Of a DNA stretch of 64,000 nt, positions 1-14,795 are shown piece by piece (position 1 is the stretch's first letter; the number at the start of each line of letters is the position of its first letter). The DNA lies in NCBI RefSeq assembly GCF_006345805.1, contig NC_043012.1, positions 32,426,001 to 32,490,000 on the forward strand. The letters run 5' to 3'. This DNA is from Octopus sinensis (Eukaryota). The notes beneath the pieces are model-generated. The model was not told the DNA's origin. It worked only from the letters and a program-made list of their open reading frames with translations, and made no database searches. A program made the position numbers and the translations under genes.

Positions 1-289
1 AGTATGGGAGATAAGAATGTGAATTGAACGGGAGAAACGAATAATTATCATTATAGAGAGACAAATAATTATCATAATAAACTTAACGAGATAGGACTAA
101 AATTAAAATTATATTTGAGGGGACAATATCAATGGTTAGCTCATGAAAAACAAACAGTAAATAAATAATACATTTTAAGTGTTAATGGCGAATGTAGTAC
201 GAGGGATCGAAAGAAATGAAATGAGTAGATCTTAGCTTGCTTTGGACATCGTTGGCCGATATATATATATATATATAATATACATGTAT

Positions 290-500
290 ATGTTTTTGCT
301 TGTGCCCCTACCATCACTTGACAACTGATGTTGGTGCGTCTACATCCCTGTAACTTAGCGATTTGGCAAAAGCGGTCAATAGAATAAGTACTAGGCTTAC
401 CAAGAATAAGTCTTGGGGTTGATTTGTTTGACTAAAGGCGGTGCTCGAGCATGGCCACAGTCAAATGACTGAAACAAGTAAAAGAGTAAAAAGTAAGGCT
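290..500 (+). mobile_element. 3' half of the same SINE family
   Basis: AATAAGTACTAGGCTT...GACTAAAGGCGGTGCT...GAAACAAGTAAAAG. Confidence 0.8.
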
Positions 501-545
501 GAAGAGTTGTAGAGAAATGGATATATATATATATATATATATATA

Positions 546-945
546 TCATCGTTTAACGTCTGCTTTCCATGCTGCCATGGGTTGGACGATTTGACTGAGG
601 GCTGGCGAACCAGATGGCTGCACCAGGCTCCAATCTTGATGTGGCAATGTTTCTACAGCTGGGTGCCCTTCCTAACACCAACCACTCCCTGAGTGTAGTG
701 GGTGCTTTTATGTGCCACCGGCACAGGGGCCAGTCAAGAAGTACTGGCAATGGCCATGCTCAAAAGGTGTTTTTACGTGCCACTTGCACAGGAGCCAGTC
801 TAGCGGCACTGGCAACAATCCCACTCAAATATTTTTCACGTGCCACCAGCAACGCTGGTAATGATCACGCTCGAATGGTGCTTTTTTCACGCCACTGGCA
901 CGGAAGCCAGTCAGCTGCTCTAGCAACGATCACGCTCGGATGGTG

Positions 946-948
<3 letters not shown>
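546..948 (-). mobile_element. Short RTE-tail repeat with several internal GGTGCTTTTTACGTGCCAC units
   Basis: Shares the CATCGTTTAACGTC...GGATGCCCTTCCTAACGCCAACCACTC sequence with 17228-17420. Confidence 0.85.
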
Positions 949-982
<34 letters not shown>

Positions 983-3434
983 CACACACACATACATATA
1001 TATATATGTAGAGAGAGAAGGAGAGGGAGAGAGTACTGTTCTATTACTGGTAGGATCAACAGAAAAAGTACTCCATTCAGTGAAAAATAAATATTGAATA
1101 AACACAGAATTTAAATGTGAACAACTGTAAGTTTCATGCTCTGATAGAACAGCAATCATACAAGCTTGTCAAGTATGCTGTGTACTATCCAGTAACCGTT
1201 CAGGCTCAAGATAAACATGGCTGCTCTCTAAAAACTGTAAGAAAGAACAGGCCTGAACAAGGGGGGGGGAAATAGAAAGGAACAAATAAAAGCAAAGCTT
1301 GGTTGGAAGTAAAGGAAATAAGACTGGTGTCCCTTTGGCCTGTTAAAATGAGAATCAGCAATGGTTGGTGAAGGTTAATTCGATGAGGAAGAGTTAAAGT
1401 TTGTAAGGCTATATACCTAATCCAGACATGTGGTCTTCTCTAGTTCAAAAGTAGAAACTTGGCAAGGTGTTTGCATTTTGTGAAAAGCTCTAGTCTTGAG
1501 TCTAGTAATTTAGAGGAGTTCTTAGATTTATCCTTTTTAAATCTAAGAATTTCACTGACCTGAACTTGAGATTGGAATGCTTCACAAAATGCAAACATCT
1601 TTTCAAGTTTCTACTATTGAACTAGAGAACACTACCCACTCTGGGTTAAGCCATGCTTAACAAACTTTAATCTTTCCCCATCAAATTAACCTTCACAAAC
1701 CATGGTTAATTCCCATTGTAACAGGTCAAAGCGACACAAATCTTATTTCCTTTCCCTCCAAGCTTTTCTTTTTCTCATTTCTTCCTTTTTTTTCTTTATC
1801 TGTTTTGTTCTCTCATACTTTTTCTCCAACAGCAGCCATGTTCATTTAGAGCCTGAAAGATCAAAGAAGAAGGAGGAGGAGGAGGAGAGAGAGCGAGGGA
1901 GAAAGGAGGAGAAAGAGGCAGAGAAGAAAAAATAAAAATCAACAAAGCAATTCTTAATTTTTGAGAATTTTAAGCCACTTGATTTTGAGGTCCTTAGAAA
2001 ACTTCTTAGAATTGACTCAATTCAAATATCATAAAGAATTAAGTAGATTTACGTAAAATATAATATGCTCTAAAATTCTCAATAAACAGCATTGTGTTTT
2101 GTCTATCATTTAAAATACGCCAGCCATTTACTTTCCTTTTTTAGCTATTGACATAAAATAGTTGGTGCATTAAATATGGTAATAATCAGTGTGATTATGG
2201 AGAACAGGGAAAGAAAAAAGTTTTTACAACTGCTCTTTTGACAAAACAAATATAGACACTATAGTATTGTAAAGCAATTAAATGAAAACACTTTGAAATA
2301 TGAAAGTAATTGTTCTAAAAGCAAATAAAATAAGTTTAATATAAGCATTAAAAAATGCTAAACATTTATTTCAGCCATTCTGGTTTCCTTTTTGTAAGCA
2401 ATATCATTTACCCTTTCAAGTAACACTATAACAAGCTTGATCTCCTGTAGTTGTGTGTGTGTACTTGTAGTAATAGGTTAATAGTACAGATGCATCATAA
2501 TGTTGGGGTTTTCTTAATTTGTTTGACCAAATTTCAGTATATTTCATTTCTGTTTTTTTCTTTCTAGAGCTTCCTTTTCCTTTTCCTTTTCTAAACAATA
2601 TCATTTTCCCTTTCAGTAACAGTTTATTGAAACCCTGATCATCCAACCTCTATAACAAGCTTGATCGCCTTTAGTTTCACGTGTTTGCACATGTGTGAGG
2701 TTGTCGTAGATACTAGACTATTAATAGTTGCATCAAAATTCAGCTATCTTCATCCTTTTGTTACCGTGTTTCTGTAGTAATAAACTAACTTTGTTTCAAT
2801 TCCTTTTGAAAATTATGAAGAATTTATTGAAATAACTTTGTCGACATTAAGCTAGTGTTTGGAACAAAAATTAACCTGGAATTTTGATGGAAGGTTTTAA
2901 TTAAAATTACTTTAAATCAGAAAGGTTGTATCATAGAACCAGGAGCAGCTTCAGGCAGGTTAATATCGAAAGAGTTAAGAAATTACTAGTTAACTATTTA
3001 ACTAGATTAATTTTCAGGGAAACTTTGACATCACTTCAAATAGTTAACTATGAAGTCAAGAGTGCATAGTATTTAGTGTATAGCATATGAATGCTCTTCA
3101 TATTGTTAACCATATTTAGGAGGGAGTTGAGAAAAACTGCCTGGCATCATGTAGTAATATGAAATGTTTTAATATGAGAAAATGGTAAACATTAATTTTC
3201 ATTATAATTATCCAAAAGATGAATGAACTTATAAATACTTCTACCATGTACCCAAGTAATAGATATTTTATTTATCAACTAATAGTGTTAACACATTCAA
3301 CTATATTCATAACATCGACTACATTAATTATTTCTATCTTTAAACTCAGAGTTATTATACTGAAAGGTCTTGCCTATTTTTAATTGATTTTGTTTATATA
3401 AATTTTAGGTTGTCATACATAAAGGAACAAAGTA

Positions 3435-4543
3435 TTGGGTCGTCCCATAAATAATGGGTTTTTTTAAATATTTCTTTTATTTTTCAAAATTAAGATCTAC
3501 TATTCTGACCTCATCTACAGAATTCATATTTTTTCCGTCAAAATGATTTTGAAGACTGTGGAATAAATAATAACTAGATGGGGCCATGCCTGGCAAATAT
3601 AGTGGGTGAGGCATCGTTTTCCATTTAAAGTGCTGCAGCCTTTGGAATGTCATCCTCACGGTATGTGACCTAGCATTATCATGAGAGAAGAACACCTTTT
3701 GTCTTGAAACCAAAGATGGTCGTTTCTCTTCTAGCAGTGATTTCAGCCACTCAAGCTACTCATAGTGGATCTCCTTTATCATTTGGTTTGGGTTTAAAAA
3801 TTCAAAGTGGACTAAACCTTTCATATCCCACCAAACAGATAACAACACCTCACATGGGGGTAGATGTATCCACTGTATTCAGTGCTTGACAATTTTATAG
3901 AGAACCCATTTCTCGTCACCAGTCACAATTGGGCCCCAAAAAGGTTCATTTGTGAGACATGGCAGCAAAGAAAAGCACATTCACTCTCTGCACATGATTA
4001 GACTTGGAAAGTTTGTAAGGAAACCACTGACCCAATTTGCTGACCTTTCTGGTGGCACACAGGTGTCGATGAATGGTTGAATAGCCAAATCCAAGCTTCT
4101 ATGCTAGTTCTTCAACATGTTGGGATTTTGTTCTACCAGGGTTTACAGGACATCCTCATCGATCTCTACAGATCTTCCGGGATGAGGCTCATCTTCTAAG
4201 CTGTAGTTTCCAGTTCAGAATTTCTGGAACCACTACTGACACTGGCTTATGCTTATTGCCCAATCCCCATATACTGCATTAATATTCCTTGCACTTTCTG
4301 TTGTGTTGTTGTTTTTATTGAACTCATAAAGAAAATTATACCAAATATGTTTCTTTGTCATTTCCATTATAGCTTTGAAAAAATAACTGTTAAAATCAAA
4401 CTGCACTCTTCAAAACTTGCACTAAGAATAAGGTAAAATTGCTACTTGCTTTTATAGCAAGTTGATACAGGTAGTTTATCCCATCCCCTTCTGACTTTTA
4501 GTTCATGCAATTGAAACAATTGCTATTTATGAGATGACCCCAA
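3435..4543 (-). mobile_element. Decayed mariner (DD34D) element with TIRs
   Basis: HDNARSH...PHPLYLPGMAPSSYYLF and GDEKWVLY. TIR TTGGGTCGTCCCATAAATA pairs with TATTTATGAGATGACCCCAA, each flanked by TA. Confidence 0.85.
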
Positions 4544-5393
4544 TATATGCATTCAGAAATTTGTCAATATAGATCAAGGAAAGAAAAAAACTTTTTAAAG
4601 CTTACACTAATTGTGAAAAAAAACCCCACAAAAATAACAACAAAGTTAAAGATGAGCAAAAGAAAAGCCAAACTGACAGCAAGAGATAATCGAAAACTGT
4701 ATCCATAACCATTTTGTTATTGCAACAACAACAATGATTGTAATTGTCTAAGGATGTCAAGAAAAAAAAAAAAGTTTTTATTGAAAAATAGAAATACTTC
4801 TCACCTCTAACTTTTACTTTATAATTTGGTTATTCGTGTTAATATAAGCAGATTTTAAATACAATTCACCATTATTGTACAGTAAACCCTTCAAAAATAA
4901 CAAGCTATCAAAGAGGCCAATATGAGCCAATGACTGGGTCTCAGTCTCCTTCAAATCACACCTTGCAATTTTTTTTTTTTTTAAAAAGCAGGATAAACAT
5001 GAATAATGTCTGAATAAAAGATGAGATTGTTTATGATTGGAAAGCTTTGTGATGTTCCTCATAAAATGATATAAATCAAATCTTGAAGTTTAATTGAAGT
5101 ATTTTTGTTTCTCATCTGAATTCAGTGCAGATGTGGGGTTAGATGACAATAACAATCAACTGAAATTCTATATGACATCAGAATGTTCTCAATACAAAAT
5201 ATTCATTTCAATCTGGGAAAATTTAATGAAAGAGGTGGGGAATACTTCATTATATATTTTATGGTATTTGGTGCCTCTTCCCTTTAAGATCAGTTCCTAC
5301 CACAATTAACAAAATAAGTAGCAGCAAAAATGAATGGAAGAGAAACATTATTATACATACAAGTTATATAAGAGCTTATTTGTTATTCTAGAT

Positions 5394-5709
5394 CAGTGGT
5401 TCTCAACTGGAGTCCATATAATGTTTTTATGAGTTCGCACAAGCAAAATAGTAAATTGGGGATCCACAATAGTATCTTAGGGGTCCATGAAAATTTTTTG
5501 CCTTAGATGCATTTATTGCAAGGAACAGCTAACTTTCTTTGACATTTTACATAGTTCAAACTTCACAAGTGAATGTATGATAGACAAAATAGGAACTCTG
5601 AAAGTAGTGTCTATAAAACTAGTTTTTAAACATCGAATGGCTATGGGGTTCACCAGAAAAGAATAGTAATTGAAGGGGCCCATAGATAAAAAATGGTTGA
5701 GAACCACTA
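5394..5709. mobile_element. hAT (Charlie-like) MITE
   Basis: TIR CAGTGGTTCTCAAC / GTTGAGAACCACTA. Flanks TTCTAGAT and CCCTAGAA fit an NNCTAGAN target. Confidence 0.75.
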
Positions 5710-7032
5710 CCCTAGAAAAATGTAAATAGTAAAGTTATATTTGGATTGAAATAGCTACTACCTGATTGGGAAGTATCAAATTAACCCATTAAAAGTTAGT
5801 TGCTGGTTTATCAGTTTTTAAATCCAAAAAAAAAGAAGAGAAGATAGATAATTCTAAAGATCTGCATGATTGGTTATCAAAATATTTTGAGTTAAAAGTG
5901 ATATAGGAAATGTAAGAGACAGGGATGATTAACTTAAGTGGCTGTAATAACAAGTTGTTGCAATGATAGACACAAGAAGACCAGAGTTTAAACAATTAAG
6001 CGTGTAAAAATAAAACACATTGAAATGTTAGTTACAACTCCAAGATTTTAAATTTTAAAACATCCTGTGACATCATATTATCCCAATAAAAATTCCAGAA
6101 CTAAATCTAATTAAGAAAAAAATTATTTTAAAATATCTGATATTACTTGACATTTCTTCAAAACATGTAATAAATAGTTTAATTTCTTATAGGAAAATAA
6201 GCAGAGAAATAAGAAAGTTTTTTTTCTTACCACCAAACTTAGGACACTGGTGAGGGGAAGACTGTGCTGCTTGCTTCTAAGAGTTTGCAGATGGTTATTA
6301 TATATATATGTGCGTGTGCACGTGTATTTACATGCATACATATATATATATAAGTATGTATGTATGTAGGTGTGTGTATGTATATTTGTCAGTACATTCC
6401 TTATAAGGACTGTATTGAGTAAGATATGAACCTATCCCTAAACCTTATTTCCCAGAAAAACAGTGTAGGCAGGCGGAGTTTAAGGCGGAGTTTAAGATAA
6501 AGAAAAATCACTTGTTTGCTGATTAATATTGTTACTGAATAAATGCGAGTAAATAGTGAACAAAAAAGAGAATATTTTTCATTCATAAAACATATTTAAT
6601 GATTTAACTCTTTTTGGACTACGTTTCTAACAAAATACTGCCCATGTGTTCAGATTAAATTTTTAAATGATTCACAAATTTTTGGAATGAGTTATTTCAC
6701 AGCTGATTTCTTTTTATTACTGACAACCACACAGAGACAGGCTGACCTCAGACAGAATTTACAATACTTGATTAAGAGAATGTCTGATATTTCACAACTG
6801 ATAAGAGTGGTGCTGCAGCAGGGAGAGAGGGAGGTGGCTTTGTGAAAGGAGATGAGTTAAAACATGAGACGATGCACCAGCAGAGGGTTTCTTGATGCAG
6901 AGGAATTACACAGCTACTCATATTATAGATGAGAGGATGGGAATGACTGGGGTGGAGTTAAAAAGACATAAAATAGTGGTGGATGAACCCTCTAATTTAA
7001 AAACAAAAAGGTGAAATAAGATAAGATATCGT

Positions 7033-7282
7033 TCATCATTTAACGTCCGCCTTCCATGCTAGCATGGGTTGGACGATTTGACTGAGGACTGGCGAACCAG
7101 ACGGCCGCACCAGGCTCCAATCTTGATCTGGCAGAGTTTCTACAGCTGGATGCCCTTCCTAATGCCAACCACTCCGAGAGTGTAGTGGGTACTTTTTACG
7201 TGCCACTGGCACGGGGGCCAGTCAGGTGGTACTGGCAATGACCTCGCTCGAATCTTTTTACACATGCCAATGGCACAGGTGC
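7033..7282 (-). mobile_element. Short RTE-tail repeat
   Basis: Same tail sequence as the RTE at 17228. Confidence 0.85.
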
Positions 7283-7754
7283 GACGTTGTGAATTGTAAG
7301 ACATTGTAAGGCGACGTTGTGAATAAAAGAAGAGATGGTCATAATTGGAAACCCTTATGATATTCTCCATGAAATATGCTATAAATCTTCAAGTTTAATC
7401 TTTAGCATTCAAATTACTCTTCCAAATATAACGTTTACTCATTTATATTGTTTTGAATTAAACATGCATTATCTCACAGCTTCAAGATGTCGATGATATG
7501 ATTGTTTATTTTCAGAATGTCATTGTTGAATAGGTGTGGGATACCAGATCTGGCCAGTTTGAACATAAACAAAGGTAGGGCCAGATATGGGGCTGAATGA
7601 CAATAATTATCAACTGGAAGTTTATACATTAGAATACTCTCAATACAATATAGTCATTTCAATCTGGGAAAACTTGTTAATGAGAGAGTGGGGAACACAT
7701 CATTATATATTTTACAGTATTTCGTGCCTCTTACCACTAAAATCAATTCCCACC

Positions 7755-8067
7755 CATCATCATCATCGTTTAACGTCCGCTTTCCATGCTAGCATGGGTT
7801 GGACGGTTCGACTGGGGTCTGGGAAGCCAGGAGGCTACACCAGGCCCAGTCTAATCTGGCAGTGTTTCTACAGCTGGATGCCCTTCCTAACGCCAACCAC
7901 TCTGTGAGTGTAGTGGGTACTTTTTATGTGCCACCAGCACTGGTATCACAACTACAATTTCCATTGATTTTTGAGCGATTTTGATTTCACTTGCCTCAAC
8001 AGGTCTTCACAAGCAGAGTTTTGTGTCCCAAGAAGGAAAGGTATGCATAAGTGGGCTGGCTACATCC
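7755..8067 (-). mobile_element. Short RTE-tail repeat inserted into an older repeat
   Basis: Tail sequence. The flanks rejoin to match the uninterrupted copy at 5130-5350. Confidence 0.85.
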
Positions 8068-8499
8068 CAGGTAGATGATTAACAAAATAAATAGTAGCAA
8101 AAATTAATGGAAAAGAAATATTATTGAATTTTAAAGAAAAAAAAACATAACTTTCCCATGTCTATCAATTATTTATTTATCGTTTCTAGCTATTGACATA
8201 AAATATTTAATGCAATTAGATATGGTTATAATCAATGTGATTAAAGAAGACACAGGGAAAGTAAAAAAAAAAGGTTTTACAACTGATGATTTAGCAAAAC
8301 ACAGACATTACAGATTTGTAAACCAATTGAATTAAAATACTGTTGAAGTCTGGGGGTAATTATTTTAAAAGTAAATAAACGAAATAGGTTTATTATCAAC
8401 ACAAAAAAATTATTTAAAATCTATTTCATCTATTCGGATTTCCTTTTGTAAACAATATCATTTTCCTTACCACCATAACAAGCTTTGACCGAGTGAGGC

Positions 8500-9500
8500 T
8501 ACAGTAGGAAAGGAGATTGCTTTGTGCTAGATGAGAAGGGGTTCAAACAGAACAGATTTCTTGCTGTGGAGAAGCTACATGGCTACTCACATGTTAGAAA
8601 AGAGGGTGGGAGTGATTGGGGTGGAGCTGGAAAGAGATAAACCAGTGGTGATGAAGAGTGATCCTTCTTGGTAAGATGTGAGGAGAAATGAGCAGAGCAC
8701 ACAGGGAGTTTGTGTGGATAGTAGAGATTGAGAGAGATAGGGTGAATACAATGAGGAACAGGTGTTGAGGGATGATAAGTAAGGAAGGGAGGGAAGAGGA
8801 GGTGACAACTGTAGAAAATGGGTAGGATTGAGGGGTGATGTAGATGGTGGATTGACCCATGATACATGAGCTGGGGGAGGAAAAAAAATGATTGACCATG
8901 CAGAAAAAGGAGGCATGGAGAGCAGCAGAATAGTAATAATTGTACAGTAATGGCCATAAAAGACATAGCAAACCTACCAAGACTTGGCTGAGGACTCTCA
9001 CAGAGAATCTGGCAGATGTAGGCCTACCTTGGGAAAAGGTTCACAACAGAGCCTGTGACCATGTTGGGTGAGATCTGTTATCACTCAATGCTCCATTGAA
9101 AAGTGAAGATAAAAGGTAAGTGGAGAAGTATGGAAGAAGTCATTGTTAAATGGTTATAAAAAAAAATAGACACATATTTTTTTAGAGAACAAAATGTAGG
9201 TGAGTGCTATTGTAATGGAAGTCTGTGTAATCAGAGAGCAGAAAATGAAAGAAGATATGTGAAATGGATGTGTGTTTCTGGATAATTTCGCAGGATTTTT
9301 GTAGTCAGCATGAGGTGGTTTGTGTTTATCTCTGGAGGAGTGGAAAGGGGATCTTTTGAAGTCGTGGTGAAAGCAAGAGACAGATACAGCACAAGTGTAT
9401 GAGTGAAGTTCCTTTGAAGTTGGCGTGAAGCGGAAGAATTGATGTGTGTGAGAGAGAGAGAAAGTGTGTGTGTGTTTGATGGGGTGTTCGATATGGGCAA
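8500..9500 (-). mobile_element. Ancient Penelope-like RT relic (tentative)
   Basis: LTYHP and LFPAPP motifs resemble the PLE RT-to-GIY-YIG linker. Heavily decayed. Confidence 0.3.
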
Positions 9501-9797
9501 GGGAGTTAACTGGAATTTTGTTATTCACTTGTTGTGAGAGAATGTGTGAGTGAGTGACAGAGAAAAGGAGAGAGAGGTTATGTATGTTGGCGGGGGAATT
9601 CCATTAGAAAAGTTTTAATTGATTTTCTTGGTAAGTATGGGGGGGGGGGGCTAGGAAAAAATATAAACTGCATTCCCATCTATGCATCCATCTCCACATG
9701 TGTGCCATTTTTCACACGAATCCACCCAGCCGTTTGGCTGTGAACCTCAAGACAAGAAAGAATACAACGCTCACCCATGTCCAATTTATATTATAGA

Positions 9798-9802
9798 TAT
9801 AT

Positions 9803-9833
<31 letters not shown>

Positions 9834-9960
9834 CATATACACACACATATATACATATATATATATACACACACATATACATATATATATATATACACAC
9901 ACATATATACATATATATATATATACACACACACACATAAATATATATACACATATATAG
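9798..9960. repeat. Compound (TA)/(CA) microsatellite
   Basis: Seen directly; it accounts for the YI/CV-rich ORFs in this interval. Confidence 0.95.
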
Positions 9961-10070
9961 TTAATCCAAACAAGAAAGCACAAAAAAACACAACAACGCG
10001 AGGACGTGGAACAAATATAGTATTATTGGACGCTCAGGAAAGAAGGAGGGTTTAACATATACATATATAT

Positions 10071-10103
<33 letters not shown>

Positions 10104-10112
10104 CATATATAT

Positions 10113-11015
10113 ACAGAGGAAAACATTGATCAGGTTCACCACATGCTGATGGATGACAGGCAATCGACTATAAATCAAATAGTCAATGTTATTAGCATAT
10201 CCCATATATTCTACACAATGAACTTGTCATGATGGAAGTTTCCGCTTGGTGAATGCCATGTCTTCTGACACCTGATCAAAAGTGCACCAGGCTGATCGCA
10301 TCATGGCAAAACCTGACATTGTTTGAAGCAGATCAGCTGATTTCTTTGAAAGTTTCTGAACCCAGGATGAGTGTTGGCTTCATCACTCTGAGCCACAGAC
10401 AAAGCGACAGTCCATGCAGTGGAAACACCCCTCTTCATTTGCTCCAAAGAAGACTATCTGTAAGGAAGGTGATGGCCTCAGTTTTTTTTTTATGCAAAAG
10501 GCAATGTGCTCATTGATTATCTTCAAAAGAGTCAGACCATCAATGGAGAGTACAATGCCAACTTGCAAAGGTAGTTATGAAAGGCTATCAAATCCAAACA
10601 CCTAGGAAAACTGATGAAAGGGGTCTTGTTTCATCAGGGCCATGCTCCATGCTCCAGCACACATGTCCTTCATTTCAATGGCTGTTGTATGTGACTATGG
10701 TTTTGAACTGGCTGATCACTCACCCTGTTCTCCTGATATGGCCCCCATCTACCTATCATTTGTTCCCCAACATGATAACAATGTGGCTGAGAATCAGTAT
10801 TGCAGTGATGATGACATTATATCTGATGTTAATATGACCAACAGGATGAAAGCAACTTTTTTGACCAACAGGATGAAAGCTTCTTCACCAATGGGATCCA
10901 AGCACAGCAACACTGATGGAAGAAGTGTGTGGACTGCAAAGGGGACTATGTTGAAAAATAAATCTCATTTGGTCACATTCCATGAGGTCAGCCTGTGAAC
11001 ATTTCAGCCAACACT
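10113..11015 (+). mobile_element. Decayed mariner transposase plus right TIR
   Basis: VSAW*MPCLLTPDQK and HSPCSPDMAP. The TIR-like CAGCCTGTGAACATTTCAGCC matches the ends at about 49655 and 50030. Confidence 0.8.
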
Positions 11016-12822
11016 CAGAGCACCATGTAGCAAATGGAGACTAACCCATTCAATGTGTTTTAATCCTAACCTGAAGTAAATAAGTTAATAGTCCAAAAGT
11101 ACTAGTTGGTTAGTAAATCCAATTGATAATTAAAATCTGTCATGCCACCATTATTAGATGTCATCTTTTTATATATTGCTGGGTCTTATGGTATTTCTTG
11201 CCATACCTAACAGATAGGCATTTGTGATTGTATGTATATAGGAGAGAGAGGGAGAATTGTGTGTGTGAGAGAGAGAGTGTGTGTGTATGCATGTATAAGA
11301 AAGAGAGAGAGAAAGAAAATGAAAGGTGTGTGTGTGAAAGAGACAGAGAGAGAGAGAATCATACAATGGTTTGCCTTTCAAATCTTTCATTTTAGTTCAC
11401 AATTTTGAACCTTTTATGCAGATAACACAACCCTTCCTAATTTAAGCTTCAGCATAAAGTCAGGTTTGGAAAAGTGGTATGAATGATGGAACAGATTGAG
11501 AAGATGTGTGCTGTTTACAAAAGGTAAGATGGAGAGGTGGTTCAGCCAGATTCCTTATGGGTAGGGAACACAAAGGCAAATTCTTGTCATTGAGTAAATT
11601 CTTGTCAATGCAATGGGTGGAAAGACAAATGAGACAGTGAGAGGGTATGACAGAATATATAAGCTTAGATAAGAGATAGTTTGGGCCTGTGCATGGACAG
11701 GGTACCACCAATACCCTTTTCTAAGTGAAAAGTTCTTAGTTAAAAGTAAGTTACTATAAAGCCATTCACACAGTATCACATTCTAATGTCTAAAAAACTC
11801 AGTGTAAATGAATGGCATATGACAGCTATGCAAGCCAGTTAGCAACTACTTAAGGAAGAAATTAAGCAAACAGATAAGAGTTCTAAGACCCTTCCTGTTT
11901 ATCATAGTTTTTTCAGGCCATAACAGATGAGTTTAAGACAGGCTATCTACAGGTGCTACTGTATGCAAAACTGAATTTATGAAAGAACTAGAGAAGTAAG
12001 GATCAACAGGCTTTAACATTTTAACATTTGAACCAGCAATATCTGGCCTACAAATTCTACCTGTTTTATATTCAAACCAGTCAGATTTGGTTTCTCACAC
12101 CTATTCTACAATGTCATTCTAAAAATAAACAATTACATTATCAAAATCTCAAAGCTATGAGATGATGCATAATTAATTCAAAACAATGTTAAGTGGTTGG
12201 CATTAGAAAGGGCATCCAGCCATAGAAACCATGCCATGACAGACAGTTGGAGTTTAGACAGCTCCTTGTTAGCCAGTTCCATGTCAAACTGCATGAAGAG
12301 CAGACGTTGAATGATGATGGTGATCATGATGATGATAAATGTGAATGAACAAGCATTACATTTGACAGAGTGATCTGAATGCTGAAGAGTTAAAGTGAAC
12401 CTCGTAAAGACAACAGTTTTAGATAAGAAAAAAAACAGATAAAACTGTACTGCCATTGAGTGGTCATGGTCAATATGCTGAAAGGGAGCAGATAGTAACT
12501 CTGTACTGCATACCAAAGGTTCAGTAAGGTCACAAGTAAGCTGACAAATGTAAAGGACTTTGTATGAAGTAGACATTCAAGAGTAGATAGTAAAAGAAGC
12601 ACAGATGAGCAAATGCATGGAAATCTAGCAAGAAATAGTTGATATCTTTCACTGTCAAGATGAACTAATTAGCAGTGGAGACAAGTATTTCAAAAAATAC
12701 TGTAACCAGAGTAAGAACAAAGTGAAGGAAGTTATTATGTCAGTTGGCCTCTAGGGGAAGGGGGGATTGGTTCTCTCTCTAACTAAAGGAGAAATTGCAT
12801 GATGCTTGTGCACAAAGTATAA

Positions 12823-13150
12823 TCATCATCATCATCATCATCGTTTAACGTCCGCTTTCCATGCTAGCATGGGTTGGATGGTTCGACCGGGGTCTGGGAA
12901 GCCAGAAGACTGCACCAGGCCCAGTCTGATCTGGCAGTGTTTCTACAGCTGGATGCCTACCACTCTGTGAGTGTAGTGGGTGCTTTTTACGTGCCAGGCG
13001 AGGCTGGTAATGGCCACGATTGGTTGGTGCTTTTTACATGCCACCAGCATGGAAGCCAGTCAAGGTGGCGCTGGCATCAGCCATGTTCGGATGGTGCTTT
13101 TTACATGCCACCGGCACAGGGATCACAACTACAATTTCCATTGATTTTTG
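12823..13150 (-). mobile_element. Short RTE-tail repeat
   Basis: (CAT)n tract plus tail sequence. Confidence 0.85.
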
Positions 13151-14397
13151 ATGCTGATGTACGGTGGAGGGGGTGGGTGGAATCAGTAAAGCATCAAACT
13201 ATCAGATGAGGTTAACTTGGTCTTTCATCTTTTTAGCTTTAATCAAATGAGAAATTATTCAATAATCAACCATATTTCACCCCAAACAAAATATAAAGCT
13301 AGTACGCCTGTGTTAAAATCATCATAAATATTATTAACGCTACTGTTCCTCAAACCAATTCCCATTCAGTGTGATCATTATTACTGCTTTTATTTGTGTT
13401 AGGAGGTTTTAATAAAACCTAAACAGTGAGAACAGAAAGCTTCACACTTCATTTCATTAACAAGATATATATAATAATAAAAAAAAAAAAGCAAGCTTTA
13501 ACAAATTTGCAATTTACTTACACACACCTGAGCTCTTACAGTTCTGTTTTATAGAGCAGAAATAATGATATAATATGAATTTATTATTCAGATAAACGGT
13601 CACACTAATGATGAATATAAAATATCTTATCTAGTAAACACTTGTGGGTAGGGGAGGAGACATGTCTCCTAATTTAATGCAATCTTGGGAACCTTTAGCA
13701 AATTTCACTCTGTTGCAAACATTTGGACAAAGGTTCTAGCAGGAGATTATCGTAATAAAGATTTCATGGTGCACTGACGTCCTGTACAGTTCTCTAAATG
13801 CCAAGAAGTAAAACACTCGCCAGACAGCTTTTCCTTTCTCTTCTCTAATATCCAACCCAGCCCCAACACATCACCTCTAGAATCAACGTGACTTCTGCTC
13901 CTCCTCCACCTCTACAGTCTCCGCCTTCTCCTGTCTCACTGCATTCACTCATGATCCTGCCCACCTCTCACCCACTATACTTTCTCTACATTCACACATA
14001 GCTCTTTTCTACTTACCTTCATGGTACACTTTAACCTCTTCACCTCAACGCTCTCCTTGCATCCATCTATTACTCCCAAACCTTCTACCATGTTTTCTCT
14101 CTCACAACTCCTTCACTATCTTGAAAACCCTCTTTCCTCTCCATCTCTAACTGACCCCAGCATCTCTCTTTCCATCAGTGACTCCCCAACCGATTCATCT
14201 CTTTCAGGTTCCATTTCCTTATACCTTCTGTCCATACTTATAATGTAGGATAAACTGGGACACACTTTGTGCAATCCACATTATTAATCCCCTTCTCTTT
14301 TCTCAGCCTCTTCTACACTTCCTCGACCAATACTATTACACTCTCTGCTACCACACTAACAACTATATATCATACTATAACTGTATAGACATTGCAT

Positions 14398-14630
14398 GTC
14401 CGTGTCGGTGGCACGTAAAAAGCACCAACTGATAGTGGCACGTAAAAAGCACCCACTACACTCACGGAGTGGTTGGCATCCAGCTGTAGGGCATCCAGCT
14501 GAAGGGCATCCAGCTGTAGAAACACTGCCAAACCAGACTGGAGCCTGGTGCAGCTTCCTGGTTTCCCAGACCCCGGTCGAACCGTCCAACCCATGCTAGC
14601 ATGGAAAACAGACGTTAAATGATGATGATA
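14398..14630 (+). mobile_element. Short RTE-tail repeat with a triplicated GGCATCCAGCTG unit
   Basis: Ends CATGGAAAACAGACGTTAAATGATGATG. Confidence 0.85.
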
Positions 14631-14795
14631 TTAGGTATCGCTATGAATTTTTGGAAATATTTAAATGAAATTTCTATTGCACTTTTTCTTGGAGAGCATC
14701 CAAAAAAAAAAAAAGAGAAAAGAAAAGAAACATTTTGATGCCTCATTTGTGAAATTTGGATAAATATGACAATTTGATTGGTCAGCAAATTGCTA

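Noticed and set aside
4814-5062. Minus-strand exon (CDLKETETQ...NQIIK) with a GT donor
   Set aside because: The upstream run is poly-A on the minus strand, so there is no polypyrimidine tract. No homology recognised.
9682-10205. Cluster of 60-92-aa ORFs
   Set aside because: These are translations of (TA)/(CA) microsatellites.
10605-10640. CTGATGA hammerhead core
   Set aside because: It is part of mariner coding sequence (KLMKG), with no GAAA core or paired stems.
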